Positions 37,417 to 55,200 of a stretch of DNA of 64,000 bases are shown piece by piece. Where the stretch lies: assembly GCA_951406725.2 (NCBI GenBank), contig OX597827.1, forward strand, positions 51,956,001 through 52,020,000, written 5' to 3'. A program made the position numbers and the translations under genes. Below the pieces are notes generated by a model. It saw nothing but the letters and a program-made list of their open reading frames with translations. It was not told where the DNA came from and searched no databases. Source of the DNA: Octopus vulgaris. Taxonomy: Eukaryota. The stretch's first letter is position 1. The number at the start of each line of letters is the position of its first letter.

Positions 37417-37982
37417 GCCACTCTATAACTTAGTGTGCTTCATTTTTCGGATTTATGTTTTTACAGACGATATATATATATATATATAGTTAATCCAAAC
37501 AAAAAAATACAAAAAAAACACAACAACGCGAGGACGTGGAACAAATATAGTATTATTGGACGCTCAGGAAAGAAGGGAAGAAGGAGGGTTTAACGTTTTG
37601 AGCGGAGCTTTTCGTCGGAAACATAGGAGAAGGAAAGATCCAGAGAAGGGAAGACAGAGGAAAAAAAATCGCCAACGGTACAGTCGAGGTCACACATACA
37701 TACATGCATACATACATACATACATACATACATAAATACATACATACATACATATATACATACATACATGCATACATACATACATACATACATACATACA
37801 TACATACATACATACATGCATGCATGCATGCATGCAAACATACATATAAGTAAGATTCAGTTGTATTAGGTACTTATATTGAGGCACCTCGTTATGTGCC
37901 TCAGTTTAAGAACAATTAAAGGAGTCGTTTGAAACGGCCGTAATGGATTGACACCTGTACCTCTACTGTTACTCATTTATGC

Positions 37983-38059
<77 letters not shown>

Positions 38060-38062
<3 letters not shown>

Positions 38063-39323
38063 GGTGTCCCAAAAAATGTATACATACGTTAAATAATTGT
38101 AAAGTAGGTGTTTATTAAAATGCATTTCATATTCAAAATTTAATAGAATCTACAGACATTGTTTTATTGTTTTGCCAAATCCTGTTTTCAAACTGAAGTC
38201 CATTCTGGTCCAGGCACTGCTGACAACGCGAAGCAATGGAATCGGAAACATCACGAAACAATTCGTTTGGTATTTGTGTGCACTCTCGTTCAATGACTAC
38301 TCTCAAACCAGTGACTGTTGCAGGTTTCATAGCGTAGGCTCTGTCTTTTAAGTATCCGATGAAAAAAAAGTCTGGTGGTGTGAGGTCTGCTGAACACGGA
38401 GGGTACACAAAGAAACCCCTTCGTCCAATCCACCAGTTTGGCAAGATCTCATCAAGAAAGGCTCTAACATCGCGATGTAGTGTGTGGGTGCCCCATCTTG
38501 CTGAAAATAAAACTCCTCATCTTCAAAGTCTTCTCTAATGCTTGGCATGACAGACTGTCGCAGCAAGTTCAAGTAAACGGGACCAGTCACAGGATCGTCA
38601 AAAAAGAATGGTCCAATTAATCTTCTTGATGATAAGCCACACCACACTGTAACTCCTAGTAAACTATCATGGTGTTGCATCATAACATGCAGATTCTCAG
38701 GTCTCCTGTAAGTGCAATTCTGGCGGTTAATTGAACCATTTAATTTGAATGTGGCCTCATCTCTCCACACAGTCTTTGTTCGAAAGTGTGCGTCTTCTAC
38801 ACATCGTGCCAAGTACCATTCGCAGTACTGCACTTTTCGCTCTGGACCATCGTCATTAATAGCATGGACTAATCTTGGAACGTAACTTTCCCAATGACAA
38901 CGCTTCAAAATGCGTTGGACAGACGATTTTGAAATACCTACCTCACGACTCGCTTGCCGCACAGATTTTCTTGGACTTTGGTAATACATTTCCAGCACTC
39001 CTTGCTTTGTTGGTGTTGTCAATATTCGTGGTTTTCCGGAACGCTTGTCATGGACATTCTGAACAGTTCCATTGGCTTCAAACTTATCTCTAATTCGAGT
39101 GATGGTAAGTTGCGTTGGTGGATCTATTTGAAACTCCCTCCTAAACTGTCTTTACACTTAAACTGCGTTTTCACACTTCCAGTAGCATTTTAGAATGAAT
39201 TTCCTTTGTTCAAAGCTTAGTCTGACTGCCATCATTAATTCCAATCGGTTTCATCTGGAAAGGAAAAAACATCAATTGAGTTATCAGCTGCTAAAGTGTG
39301 TATACTTTCAGTGGGATACCCTG
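38060..39323 (-). mobile_element. Tc1/mariner superfamily DD41D (rosa-type) transposon, full length, inactivated
   Basis: TIRs cagggtgtcccaaaaaatgtatacatac / gtgtgtatactttcagtgggataccctg, inserted in (TA)n. Motifs [29 protein letters not shown], with about 41 aa between the second and third D after repairing a frameshift; internal stops. Confidence 0.9.
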
Positions 39324-39331
39324 TATATATA

Positions 39332-39546
39332 CGAAGGCTGCTACAAAGTTCCAGGCTTAAGATAAAAGAAAATACAGGAGTATCAGTTAATTATGATTTT
39401 ATTCAACATGTTCCCCTCTCAGATTCACACACTTAATGCTGAGGTCCTTCAGCTTTCCTAAGCCCCGTAAAAGATCTCAGAAGGTTGGGCCACCGACCAA
39501 GCCTTTCGCGACCCCTTAAAGCCAGGAACTTTTCAGCACCTCCTCG
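39332..39546. mobile_element. Mariner-derived MITE
   Basis: TA-flanked imperfect TIRs cgaaggctgctacaaagttccaggctt / aagccaggaacttttcagcacctcctcg. Confidence 0.65.
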
Positions 39547-39739
39547 TATTTATGTATCATTTTCCTTTGAGTTTTAAGTTTTTCTTGAGAGAGTTCAAGC
39601 TAACAAAGCGACAAGACTTTTTGAGTTAAAAGAGTTCCCGGTGTTTGGAAATATGCTGTTGAGTTGGTGTGTTGGTCGAACTGTCAACGCATACACCCAA
39701 GAGTGTGCATCTATTCACATAAGAATCTCAGATGAAGAA

Positions 39740-40430
39740 TTTGGGGAATGTCTTAGAAAACTTCGCTGTACCGCTAATAGATTGAATTTGGAGAAACCGC
39801 GTCAGTTTCCTTTGCTCTTTCTTCGGGAAGCCGAGTAGATCTAGGTTTTTGTGCATATTTATTGGTACATAGCTTAATGCACCAATAATGATAGGTAAAA
39901 ATGAGAATTTAAAGTCGGGGTGCAGGATTAATTCACCATAAATGTTATTTTTTCCTGGACCTTTGATTGTATATTCACATCTACTGGGCAGCTGAGATCT
40001 ACAACAGTACATGACTTTTGTTCCCTGTCCCACAGGACAATATCAGTTCTGTTGTGTTTACACCCAATTGCGGTTTTTATTAGAGAGTTCCACCAGTATT
40101 CCGTGTTTTTAAAGGTGTGAATACCTGCTGGTTCTGACATGCCTTTGGCGTATATGTCAGGACAGCCTTTCCTGCGGATGGCATTATAAACAGTCTTTGC
40201 AACTATACCATGCCTCAGGGGCAGGTAGTATCTCGTACAAATTTTGTGTCAGCTGCTGGTGATGTGGTATCTTCCACACTAGTATAGCAGAGCTGACAAT
40301 TTTTTTTTTATCACAACGTGGAGATTTGTTGGTATCTTTGTCTCTCTTGTTTATCAGGTATTTAGTAGCTATATTCTATTCTGGGTAACGAATGCATGTC
40401 CTTCTAGGTGTTAGCAAATGTGGTCATATT
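39740..40430 (-). mobile_element. RLE-type (R4/NeSL-like) non-LTR retrotransposon 3' fragment
   Basis: EYWWN..IKT...KHNRTDIVLWDREQKSCTVVDLSCP, FLPIIIGAL: PD-(D/E)xK endonuclease. A related fragment lies at about 45260-45680(-) (KHSRPDIMIW...VAEVSCP). Confidence 0.75.
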
Positions 40431-40602
40431 GACCTGAAAATTTGTACACTTATGTTAAAAGTGCTGGGGAGTTTACATGGCAACTCTGAGTTTGCTCAAT
40501 TGAAAGGCGTGGCCTCCAGGGCAAAATTTCTCATTTTTAAAATGTGGCCCGAGTAGACCCGAATGAAATCGGGTTATAATACTAGTATATATATATAATG
40601 TA

Positions 40603-40735
<133 letters not shown>

Positions 40736-40752
40736 CACACACACACACACAC

Positions 40753-40809
<57 letters not shown>

Positions 40810-41093
40810 TAATCCAAACAAGAAAACACAAAAAAAAACACAACAACGCGAGGACGTAGAACAAATATAGTATTATTGGACGCTCAGGAAAGAAGGGAAG
40901 AAGGAGGGTTTAACGTTTCGAGCGGAGCTCTTCGTCGGAAACATAGGAGAAGGAAAGATCCAGAGAAGGGAAGACAGAGGAAAAGAAAATCGCCAACGGT
41001 ACACACGAGGTCATATACATACTGTTATATTGGGGATGGTTATATTTTTGCCACTTAACCACACGCACTATATATTTAGTTTTCACTTCAGGT

Positions 41094-41128
<35 letters not shown>

Positions 41129-41399
41129 TTAGTGTCTCCATCCCATGTGGATCCTGCTGTGGAGATACGTGAGATGGTGAACCGCTGGGGAGGTCACAGG
41201 AGGTATGACGAACGACTTTACACAAAGGACACTAAAATAAGAATATTGATAAAGCTGAAGTGAATACCGAATACACAGTGCGTGTGGTCAATAGCAAAAA
41301 CATGACTATCTCCAAATATAACAATATCTTTTTCAACACATGATTTCATATATGCATATATATATATATATATATATATACATACATATATACATACAT

Positions 41400-41460
<61 letters not shown>

Positions 41461-41647
41461 TACATACATACATACATACATACATACATACATACATACA
41501 TACATACATACATACATACACACTACGCCATATGCCCGTTGGCCCACGGGCATATGGCGTAGTGGTTAAGAGCCCAGGCTACTAACCCCAAGATTCCGAA
41601 TTCGATACCAGGCTGTGACCTGAATAATGATAATGATAATGATGATG

Positions 41648-41742
<95 letters not shown>

Positions 41743-41751
41743 AACAATAAC

Positions 41752-43291
<1,540 letters not shown>

Positions 43292-43338
43292 TCGAAAAAT
43301 ACCTTAGGAATGAGAACCCAGATTCGAAATTTCCCCAA

Positions 43339-43384
43339 GACACCTGATGAAGGCTGCAGGGTATATCAGCCGAAACGTTGTGTT
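43339..43384 (+). ncRNA. Minimal type I hammerhead ribozyme
   Basis: gacac CTGATGA a ggctg-cagggtatat-cagcc GAAAC GTT gtgtt: intact core, 5-bp helices I and II, self-complementary AACGTT in place of a looped helix III. Confidence 0.8.
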
Positions 43385-45048
43385 AATAACAAACAAGATG
43401 AGGACAAATATCAGTCAATTGTAAATAATGTACAGATTTTTAGTGCCCCATATTTCATTGCAACATAATTTGTATCCTCACTTCTCAGCTGCATATTGAG
43501 AAGAAAATTGAGAAAGTCTGTTAGCTAATTGGCATCATCATTAATTTTAACTGCACTATCAACAGATTTGTACCACTTGAATTGGTTTGGTTGCTGTTGG
43601 AGATAGTAGTATTAGTAACCTGTGCAATATCAAGTGGAGGAGTTAGAATAACGTGTTCATAAAGTTACACATCGTTTCTGTAATTCTGAGAAAGTTTAGC
43701 TTAAACTTTCAGCAGAATTTTAAAACTTTATAGATGACTGTTCTACTACACTTAATAGAGATGCATCAGTAACCCAGTTTGCAAGATGTTTTGCATGTTG
43801 GCTCTGAGAGCAGAGATATTAAAAAATGTGGAATAATCATCAGCAAAGCTTTAAAATGCTGCTGAAAGTTTAAACTAAACATGTTGGTAGAATGAGAAAG
43901 ATTTTCCGCTCGTCTCCTAGTATAAGATTCTTTGAGGCATGCTCTAAACTCGTCAGCAGATGTACACTAATACCCTAATGTTTCTAATGTACGGTCGAGA
44001 GTTTCAAATGCAAGTCTGTAGTACATACTATCTGTTTAGCCTCCTTGAGGATCACTGCATGGCCAGATTCTTTGTCAATATTGCAAGTAGGACTGTCATT
44101 GTATACAAGATTAAGCGGCTGCTTAGCTTAAAAGCAGAAGTAGCAGGCCTTCTTCCATATGTGAGCAAAGTTTCAGAAACTCCAGATGAGACCACTAAGC
44201 AGTCGTCTGGTGAGAGCGAACTTTTAATAAAATTAAGATCATCAACTAGTTTTACCTGAACGAGCAGGAGTATCAAGGAAAACAATTACTCCCGGTTGTT
44301 TGATTCTTATAAAAGTTCTTTTTTTTATATCTAGAATCATTTTGGATGACAAACTGTTTTAGATTTTCAGAAGAATCTTTCAACTACGACTTACAGCTGC
44401 TGTTCGTGTTGGGGTTGGCAATACATACAGATAAAGATTCCTGCTAGCCATGGACTGTACAGTATTTTCAATGCAACTTAGTCCTAGGTTGTACATAGAA
44501 GTAAGTTCTAGTTGTGTATTCTGCCATGCTGCCCTTATAATTATCTCAAAGCTGCTGAGAATTGCATGGTCTTTAAGCACAGTTACGAACACCAAAAAGA
44601 CTCCTCGTCTGGTTTGGAGAATGCGAAATTACAGTCTTTTCTGAATACTTACTAAATAACATATCCAGCGAGTGCTTTGAGATCATGGAATTTGGTCGGA
44701 TAATGAACGTTTTGCAACAGCTTCTTGAGACATAAACACTCAAAACATGCGGGGATGCACAGAATAGATACGACCTAATAGATACGACCAGAATAGATAC
44801 GACCTAACTGGAACTGACGTGAGGCTAGTAATTGTTACAGTCTGTTTTATTGGCTGTTCTTTTCTCCTCAAGTATAATATCTGTATGTCATTGTTCAGTT
44901 TTATTTCAAGTTTTGTTGCGAATAGAGAAAGAGCCGGTTTCTAACCTAGATCCACGGCTCCTTCATTGGAATTTCAACATCAACAACAGAGTAATTTTTG
45001 TTTGTTTGTTTGTATGTATGTATGTATGTATGTATGTATGTATGTATG

Positions 45049-45082
<34 letters not shown>

Positions 45083-47507
45083 TGTATGTATGTATGTATG
45101 TATGTATGTATGCATACATGTATGTATGCATACATGTATGTATGCATGTATGTATGCATGCATGTATGTATGTATATGTGCAGATTTGTATGTTCTGCTT
45201 TATGTACATATTCTCATACATATAGTTGCATATCTAGACATGCTCATATATATTTAATTGGTAAGCTTCTGAAAAGTTTTATAGATTTTTACAGTTCCAG
45301 TGATGGATTTGAATTAGCTTTCTCCTTTCTGGTTTTGAGAAGCCTAATTTCTCAAGATTGCTATTTAAGCAGTGTGTTACATATCCCTGGGCCCAATAAT
45401 TAGAGGTATAAACCTGAACTTGTAATCTGGATAGAATAACTGCAGATTTCTCAATAGTTCAACGTAGGTATTCTTTTTCACTGGTCTTCAGCTTTATGTT
45501 AATATCCGCTGGGCAACTAACTTCCGCAACTGTACACAGTTTCTCTACCCTTTCCCAAATCATAATATCAGGTCTGCTGTGCTTACATTTTATTGAGGTT
45601 TTCACTGGGACATTTCACCAGTATTCCTTTTTATTATGAGTGGCTATGGCTTCTACCATACTGTGGGTTCTTATGAGTTCACGTTCCTGGCTTCCACGTG
45701 TTATTATAGAGTGAAAACTGTAGTCGCAAAAAAGTGATAAGCTTTGTTATTAGTGTTGAGTTCACCAATATTCTTGGTGTCAGCACGCGGTTTTCTCTAT
45801 TATTTAGAGTGGTATAACCGTTGAGATAGAAATATTTTCCTCTCTGACCCTTCCACTACAGACTTCTGTGCCTAGAACATTGCTTGTCGAGCCTGACAGG
45901 TTTATGGTCGAACATGTGGCAGTGGAGACCTCCGACGTTCCCGGCCCCAGGACCATATCCCTGCTCACCGCTATCAGGGTGGTGATGGCTGTTCGCAAGT
46001 GCGATCCTCATGAGTCAGAGGGGCTTTTTCAAGGCATCTCCCTCGCTATCTGCTGGAACCATGAGGCGGTCTGAATTATAGGAAATCGAGAGAATGTAAG
46101 AATTTCGTAGCTTACTAAACAAACAATAAATTTATACGCCCGCTCTTCTGTATAGAAACACTGCAAATAATAATCTTGTTTTAATCAAAGATGATAAATT
46201 CTTGCTTGACGCTGATATTGAACAATCTCTTACCACCAACCATTTCATTCTCTTTTACTGTCATCACTGGTAACAGTAACAGTGAGTCGCTGATTAGTTA
46301 GAAAAGTTGGTGAAAATCTCATTTTGACGTGTTTGTTTGAATAGATGAACGAAACGACGGACTAGAAAATTATAAAGCATAGTGGTATTCACAACAGTCA
46401 GTGTGAGAGTTGACTCGAATGTTGATAAAATCAAATCTTAATTTCTGTTCGCGTTACTACTACCTTTCGAATTTAATATGAGGTATTCGCTACAATATCA
46501 ACAACGACACTAAAATCACCGACTTTTAACAGAAGAATGAGTGTAGAGGTAAAACTCTGAGTGCCTCAGACCACCTCTCAGTAAATATCCAATTAAAAGT
46601 AAGCGAAACAATAGGCGTATGGAAAATGAAGGCGTCCTTATATTCTATGGTATTAGTAGTGTTATGGGCTGTGATGGAGCTATGTGGTGTTGGTGGAGGG
46701 GATTGTAGATGAGGTGGACGGAAGTAAGGCTTGCAGGGGCCGGTGAGACAGGCAGAGGGCATGCGTGGGTAGGAAGCACGTGTGGTCAGTTCGAGCAGAG
46801 ACGGCAGAGGGACAAGACGTGTTCAATTCGTGAGAGTGACCGCTGATTTCGCCGAGGTCAACAGGCAAGGCCTTTTGTATTTCTTTCTCCCGTTTGCTTC
46901 TTTTTCTGTTGTCCTTTTCCTCCATCACACTACATATTCCATGTAAACCAGCGAGAGTTGGACAAGCCTATTTCAACCGAAACCAGGCGAAACTATCACA
47001 AAAATTATATATTGGTACGTATTTTGTAAGTTAAAAAAAAATATTTACTTAGAAAATATTTAGTATGTTATAAAATGAGAGCAGTGTTTTGAGAGACAGT
47101 ATCCTTTCTTGGAGCTGTTACATTCCATCTAGAAGAATATAACTTCACTATTCTTGAACAGCAGATTACTATTAAATATCTTGTCAATGAAAGAAATAAG
47201 GATTCCTCCAAATATTTACGTTGTGCTGAAGAACGCCGATCGTGCGTTACCAGCGAAGGAAATAACATACACATCATCATCGGTTAAAGCCGTAAAGTGT
47301 TTGTAAAGTACATGAAACATGACAATCTTACCAAAACTGTATGCATACAACGTTCTCGTGGGAAAGAAATATTGCTTTGAAGAACACACCAGCATCGCAT
47401 TAGAAACAGAATGCACAAATCTTTACTAATAAGGAATTTTAATGGCACCTTTCAACAGAGACATCAAACCAATGATATTGTTATCTGAGATAAGAATAAT
47501 AATAATG

Positions 47508-48490
<983 letters not shown>

Positions 48491-48899
48491 ACAAATTACC
48501 CTCCTGATCTAGTCAATCCATGGTTCACCAAGTGTTTGAAATTTGAGGACTTCTAGTTAAAGTATTTTTTTTCCATTTTTTTTTTTTTGCACTGTTTTGA
48601 TTTTTTCTCGTGTTATTATGGCCTCTCACAATTGTTCAGAAACCGCGTTCGGTTCGTTGTTTAGAACAATTCCATTTCCTGTTGTTCTTTCGCCGAGTAT
48701 ATTCCACACACATCAGAATTCTACTTTCCTTACGTTGGTTGTGGAGTCAAGTTGTTTGCTTTGTTCGAAGACTCGTTCTCACTTTTCACACAGACTAATT
48801 CCTTACGATTTAGAGACGATCTTTTATTTTAGGCGTTTTTATTTCAAACATTTTTCATCCTCACATTTTTTTAGTATTTGTATCGTTTTCGGGAGAGCA

Positions 48900-49628
48900 G
48901 GATCCGCAGGTCACTGAAATCCAAGGTGCAGAACTTGGTGAAGGCCTGAATAGAGGCCGTTTCGAAGGAGGCCCTGGCTGAAGTCGCCTTTTTGGGTGAA
49001 CAGGTCTTGATCGACCTGTTCACCAAGTATCATACTGCCATCCCATCCAGTGCTGCAGTTGAACGCCTATTCTCTATAGGCAAAGATATTTTGAGGGCCA
49101 AGAGAGCCACCCTGTCAGATGGTAACTTTGAAAGGCTGATGTTTATGAAAGGCAACCAGCATCACGACAAGGCGATGGAGAAAGTCCAGTCAGAGTAGTA
49201 CACCTTGATCAACTGATCTTGGCATGATACCTATACTATACCTTTTTGATTCGTTTAATATTTTTTGTACAGTAAATAAAGTGTATATTGGCTGAAAAAA
49301 CTAATGTTTAATTTCATATGTTCATTTAATTATTTGCGTACACCTTGATCATCATCTGGTCTTGGCATGCTATGCCTTTTGTGTAAGCTTCAACATGAAA
49401 ATTTCGGCATTTTACGTTTGTTTTTAGGGGTTCTAGAGCCAAAAAAAAACAAACCTAAACTAAATTCAGACGTTAAAAGTTAGCGCTTATCATTTAGCGT
49501 TAGTTTCCGCTAATATTTTTTTTTTATCTGTTTAGCGATTTAGTATTTGCGAAGCTAACTCGTTTAGTTAGCAGGTTAGCGGTTAGCGCTTAGCGATGCT
49601 AACTGCTTGGTTAGCTGTGCCACCACTG
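48900..49628 (+). mobile_element. hAT transposon 3' end
   Basis: DLFTKYHTAIPSSAAVERLFSIG...LSDGNFERLMFMK is the hAT dimerisation domain. AATAAA at 49275, subterminal TTAGCG/GCTAA repeats, terminal gtgccaccactg. Confidence 0.8.
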
Positions 49629-49955
49629 CTGAGTTCAAATTCCGCTAAGGTTGACTTTGCCTTTCACCCTTTCGTGGTCAATAAAATAAGTTGAGCACTG
49701 GAGTTGATGTAATCGAGTTACCCTTCCCCTGAAATTATTGGCCTTGTGCCAAGATTTGAAACCAATTAAAACGGACACGGTCGAAATAATATATTCAACA
49801 ACAACTATAATTAGGTGGGAAAGTGGATGATGCCTTAGTTTCAATTTACGTCACGCCTACACCTTGGGCGAGTGTCTACAACTATAGTCTTGAGCCGTCC
49901 AAATCCTTATGAGTGGATCTGGTAGACGGAAATTGAAAGAAGCTTCTGTGTGTAT

Positions 49956-50068
<113 letters not shown>

Positions 50069-50792
50069 CACGCGCGTGTGTGTGTGTGTCTGTCTGTGTG
50101 TGTGTGTGTGTGAACGCGTTTGAGTATTCAACTTTGTGTTTCGCCCACACCACCGCTTGTCAACTAGTGTTCATGTATTCACGTCCCCGTAACTTAGCGG
50201 TTCGGTAAAATACCCCGATTATGGGTTTCTCTTTATGACGTATTGTCAGACTCCAAAACCTGTTGGGCTAAGACTTCTTCAAAATATGGAGGAGGAAAGG
50301 CCTCGTACGAATGTAAACAAGAGGATTATCTCCGTTTGTACATAGTTCAACCTACACAAGTTAACGCGTGAAAAGCAAAATAGAAATTTTGAAAGAAGTT
50401 TCTATAGGTGTCCACCAGAATAAAGCATACAGCAGTAATGTAATTGAGTCTATGTCCGGTCCTAGAGCAGCAATTTTGAGGAAGGGGTGCCCTCCCCCTA
50501 AAATTGCTGCCCTTGTGGAAAAATTTGAAACCATTATTATTATTAGGACATGCGCCAGTGTTCAACTGGTACTTATTTTATCGACCCTGAAAAGATGAAA
50601 GGCAAAATCGACCTTGATGGAATTTGAACTCAGAACGGAGCGACGAGCGAATTACCGCTAAACATTTTGTCCAGCGTGCTAACGAGTCTGTTAGCTCGCT
50701 GTGTTAGTAATAATAATAATAAAATGAAGATCAAAGAGTGCGTGTGTTTATTTAAGATGACCATCTTCAAATATCTCTGGCGGTCGAGCGTC

Positions 50793-50837
50793 CGTCACCG
50801 ATGAGACCAAGGAAGGTCGAAATCACGTGATCTGGTG
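50793..50837 (+). ncRNA. Type I hammerhead ribozyme (U4C variant)
   Basis: cgtca CCGATGA gacc-aaggaa-ggtc GAAA tcacgtg ATC tggtg. The helix III region ATCACGTGAT is a perfect palindrome. Confidence 0.65.
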
Positions 50838-51431
50838 GTTTCAGCGCTGGAGTTGACATGTAGGGTGTCCAAAAGCAGGTCAGCTTCTGAATCAGCTGTT
50901 TTCGATTTCAGTGAGACTAGAATCAAGACGCCTTCTAAAAAAATTAAATATATAAAAACTATATGCACACTATCAGTTTAGTGTCGATGTTTGAAAGGGA
51001 CAACTAGCTCTGAAAACACTTGTGTCTAGGTCATTTAAATATTTGCAAACTCATCCAATCGACACTTATAACAAATAAAGGCGACAGGACAGAACTGAAT
51101 ATATATTTTCAATGAAATTATGTTGTTAGTTTTAATATTTTAAAAATCTAATCCGTTTGTTTTTTCATCATCAATTTGGTAATTAATTCTTGATGGTTGA
51201 ACTAAGATATTAAGAATGAGGAGAGAACGGGTTAGGAAGAGATGGGTGGCGCTTAATGATTCATATTTGCTTCTAATATTTTCGTTTCTAAGAGGAAAAC
51301 TAAATGTTTTCTACGGTGAAAGAGCTTAACTATACAAGAGCGCATGCGCGTTTCCTTGTATGTACGCGTGAGTTTGTCAACATATCTGTGTGCGAGAAAG
51401 AGAGTGTGGAAGTGTCTGTGTTTGTACACGC

Positions 51432-51797
51432 ATGTATGTATGTATGTATGTATGTATGTATGTATGTATGTATGTATGTATGTGTGTATGTATGTATGTA
51501 TGTATGTATGTATGTATGTATGTATGTGTGTATGTATGTATGTATGTATGTATGTGTATGTATGTATGTATGTATGTATGTATGTATGTATGTATGTATG
51601 TATGTATGTATGTATGTATGTATGTATGTATGTATGTATGTATGTATGCATGTATGTATGTGTATGTATGTATGTATGTATGTATGTATGTATGTATGTA
51701 TGTATGTATGTATGGATGTATGTATGTATGTATGTATGTATGTATGTATGTATGTATGCATGTATGTATTATGTATGTATGTATGCATGTATGTATA
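51432..51797. repeat. (TATG)n microsatellite
   Basis: About 365 bp of interrupted tetranucleotide repeat; similar tracts at about 45012-45175, 58098-58390 and 62129-62316. Confidence 0.95.
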
Positions 51798-52249
51798 CGT
51801 GAGTATGGGAAACAGAGAATCTTTTCATATATATTATGCAAAAGATATGACTGTATTGTAATTTAATTTGTTTTTCTAATGTTTTTTTTTCTTATTTCCT
51901 CGTTAGCTCTTTTGTTTAGTTTACAAGAATAATATTCTCAAGTCCATTAACGTTTTAAAACCTTCTCGATTATATCTTCTGGTTGCGGTGTTTTTACTGG
52001 GGTTTTTTTTTTTTTTGTTGTATTTTATAGTGAGCAATAGTGGTCATGGAAATAACATTCTTACTAGTAATATCCATCATGTTTTGTGAGTTCCTTGTAT
52101 TAATATGTCAGTATACAGGTTTTTGGTGTGCACATACGTTCACGTGAATATGCTTAGATTTGTGTATGTGTATATGCATATGTGATTTCCTTGAGGATTT
52201 GCATCTATATATTGATGAGAACAAATGTGTGTACTACGAGAGAGGGGGG

Positions 52250-52283
<34 letters not shown>

Positions 52284-55200
52284 GAGTGTCTGTGTGTCTG
52301 TTAACATATGTATAACACAGCAACATATGAGAACGTAGCCTTCTGCAACTTCTGCCTCATCTCAAAACTCGGCTCTGTCGCTGTAATTTTAAAACACACA
52401 TTCATTTTCAGGGTAAATATTTACTAGCCGTTGTTGTAGAGGACTGACTATCCAGGCCGTGTGTTGTCGTTGTCGGTGTTGTTATGGTTGTGGTATGGTC
52501 ATCATAGCTGTGTTATACTTGTAGAGGTAGTGCAGTGATCAAATGATAATTGCAGCGGTAGTAGAATGTGGTGGTGGTAATGGTGGAAATTGTGGTGGTA
52601 TGGTGATGGTGGTAATGGTGGTGGTGGTAATGGTGGTGGTGGTAATGGTGGTGGTGGTGGTCGTAGTCGTCGTCGTCGTCGTGATGGTAGTGGTCGTGGT
52701 GGTCGTGGTGGTGATGTTGGTGGTGGTGGTGGTAGTAGTGGTGGTGGTAGTAGCATAATAGTGGGCGCTGTGAGATGGTGGCGATGATGCTAACGAGGTG
52801 GTGATGGAGTACCAAAATGAAGATTCTGCTGGCGGTGTTGGTAGTGATGGTGGCAGTCGTTGTCGTAGTGCAGGTGTGCTATTACAACCGTTTTTTGTAT
52901 TAATATTGTTGGTAGCGTTGTTTAGTTTTTGCTTACCGAGCCCTGACAAGAATTGAATGAATCACTAATGTTGATGCAATCTTGTATTGCAATCCAGAAT
53001 TGATAAACCGAGTACCACTAAATACCAGGTATGTACCTGTATTTAACGACCATACAACTCCTCAACAATGTGTGTGGCCTTAAAAGAAAGCTTTATTATA
53101 TATTTCTTTATTGCCCACAAGGGGCTAAACATAGAGGGGACAAACAAAGACAGACAAAGGGATTAAGTCGATTACATCGAACTCAGTGCACAAGTGGTAC
53201 TTTATTTATCGACCCCGAAAGGATGAAAGGCAATGTCGACCTCGGCGACATTTTGTCAGTTTTCACGTTCTGAGTTCGAATTCCTCTGGGGTCGACTTTG
53301 CCTTTCGTTCTTTTGCGGTCGATAAAGAATCAGTGAAACACTGGAGTCGATATAATCGACTAGTCCACTTTCTCCAAACTTCAGGCCTTGTGCCTTTAGT
53401 AGAAAAGATTATTATGAGGCGCGGGCGTGACTGTTTGGCAAGAAGCTTCCTAACCACATGGTTCCAGGTTCAGCAAAAAAGACCGATAGCATAAGTACTA
53501 GGCTTAAAAAATAAGTCCTGGGGTCGACGTTTTCGACTAAAACCCTTCAAGGTGGTGCTCCAGTATGACCGCGGTCAAATGACTGAAATAATTAAAAGTA
53601 TAAAAGAGTATATACATTCGAGATGTTTTCTCGAATGACGTAACTACCTGAATGCTTTGCCCGTGTATCTCTTAGTATATATAACTTATCTCAGAATATG
53701 CCCAACATTTTCAAAGTCTATGAAATTTGTTTGCACCACTTGCTTTCTGCAACAGGGAGAGATCGTTAGCCACTACACACTCATGAAAGAACTTGAGTAG
53801 AAAGACACCAAAAAGGAAGATTCGGTGTTGTAGATTGACGTGATAGAAATAGTAACCAAATTACCCTTAATTCCCAAAGGGTATATTAAATGATATAGTC
53901 TTTTACATCTCTAAAAAGACTAGACAGTCACGACTGGAATGCCTTTGCTGGCAACTACATGTTAAAAGCGTAGATTCTCATCCGACTAAGCAATATATTG
54001 CGCCTACTTAGTACTTAGAGGTAACTGACCGGTAAAGATAGGTGCTGTAAATATCACCTTTAAATGGTGGTGCCTCGTATGGCTTCAACTAAAGGTCTGA
54101 AACAGGTAAAAGATAGTATAAAGGAAAGGTCTGCTGGATTAAGATTGACTCCCGAGTTAAATAACAACGAAAACAAAGACTACTACTATTGATGTGGAAA
54201 CACTCTCCATAGCAATAACAGACCTTGCCTGGGTATATTCCCATAAAACTCGAGAATGATATCAATATCGACCAAATGACTGGCAAATAATTTTGAAGTC
54301 TTGGTTGTTATGTCACAATCCATTTCGAATGTGATACTTTTGTGATGCAAGAGCAAAAGATATGAACGAAGATATCTCAGTGAGAGGTCAGCAGCTAGCT
54401 ATTACATGTCATCAAGATATCACCTTCCTAATTAGCAGGATGCTGTTGCTAGAATACCATACAACATCGTCAGAAAGGATAATCTTACCGGAATAATACA
54501 ACAAATATTTCTGACTTACAGTACCTTCTTATCTTCCAATATAGACTATACTGGTAAAATATTCCAATCAAAATCTCTACTAAATGCTAAAACAGTAGGT
54601 CTAGAGTAGGGCTTTTTTCTTTCTTTCTTGTATTATTGTGAGTTCAACTATTCAGTGTTTAGGAACATTTCACTCAAAATAAATGAAAAAGAAATAAGTT
54701 TAAAAACCTATAACTTCTTCCCTCTTCTCGTTAATATAAATTTAGGTGCCTAATCATTGGTTATACTGCTAATTGTTTATATAGTCTCGAAACTTTAGGC
54801 ATTGAAAATATCTGAAACTTTTTTTTTTACAGAACTCGCTTTGTTACCTAAAATCCAATAGTAGGTCTTTGATTGTTAGTTTAAAAATAAATTTTTTTGT
54901 GCGATGATTTCAAAGGAAAAAAGATCATATATACATAAAATGAGATTACTGGCAGCGCACAAAATGTTTTATAAGACTGTCGTTGCTTATAAAATGTTCT
55001 GACTCAATGCCGACTGTAAAGAACGAGACGTCTTTGCGATTGAAATACGGTCTCTCTTTCGTTTAGTCATCAACAATCATAAAGTCCACAAGACTTGGTA
55101 GTACTTATCATAAGCACTTATCTTACACATTTCGTACCATTTTTCATATTATTGATAGTTTTTTTTTTTGTGCACACTCATTCTCAAAATTTAAGAAAAT

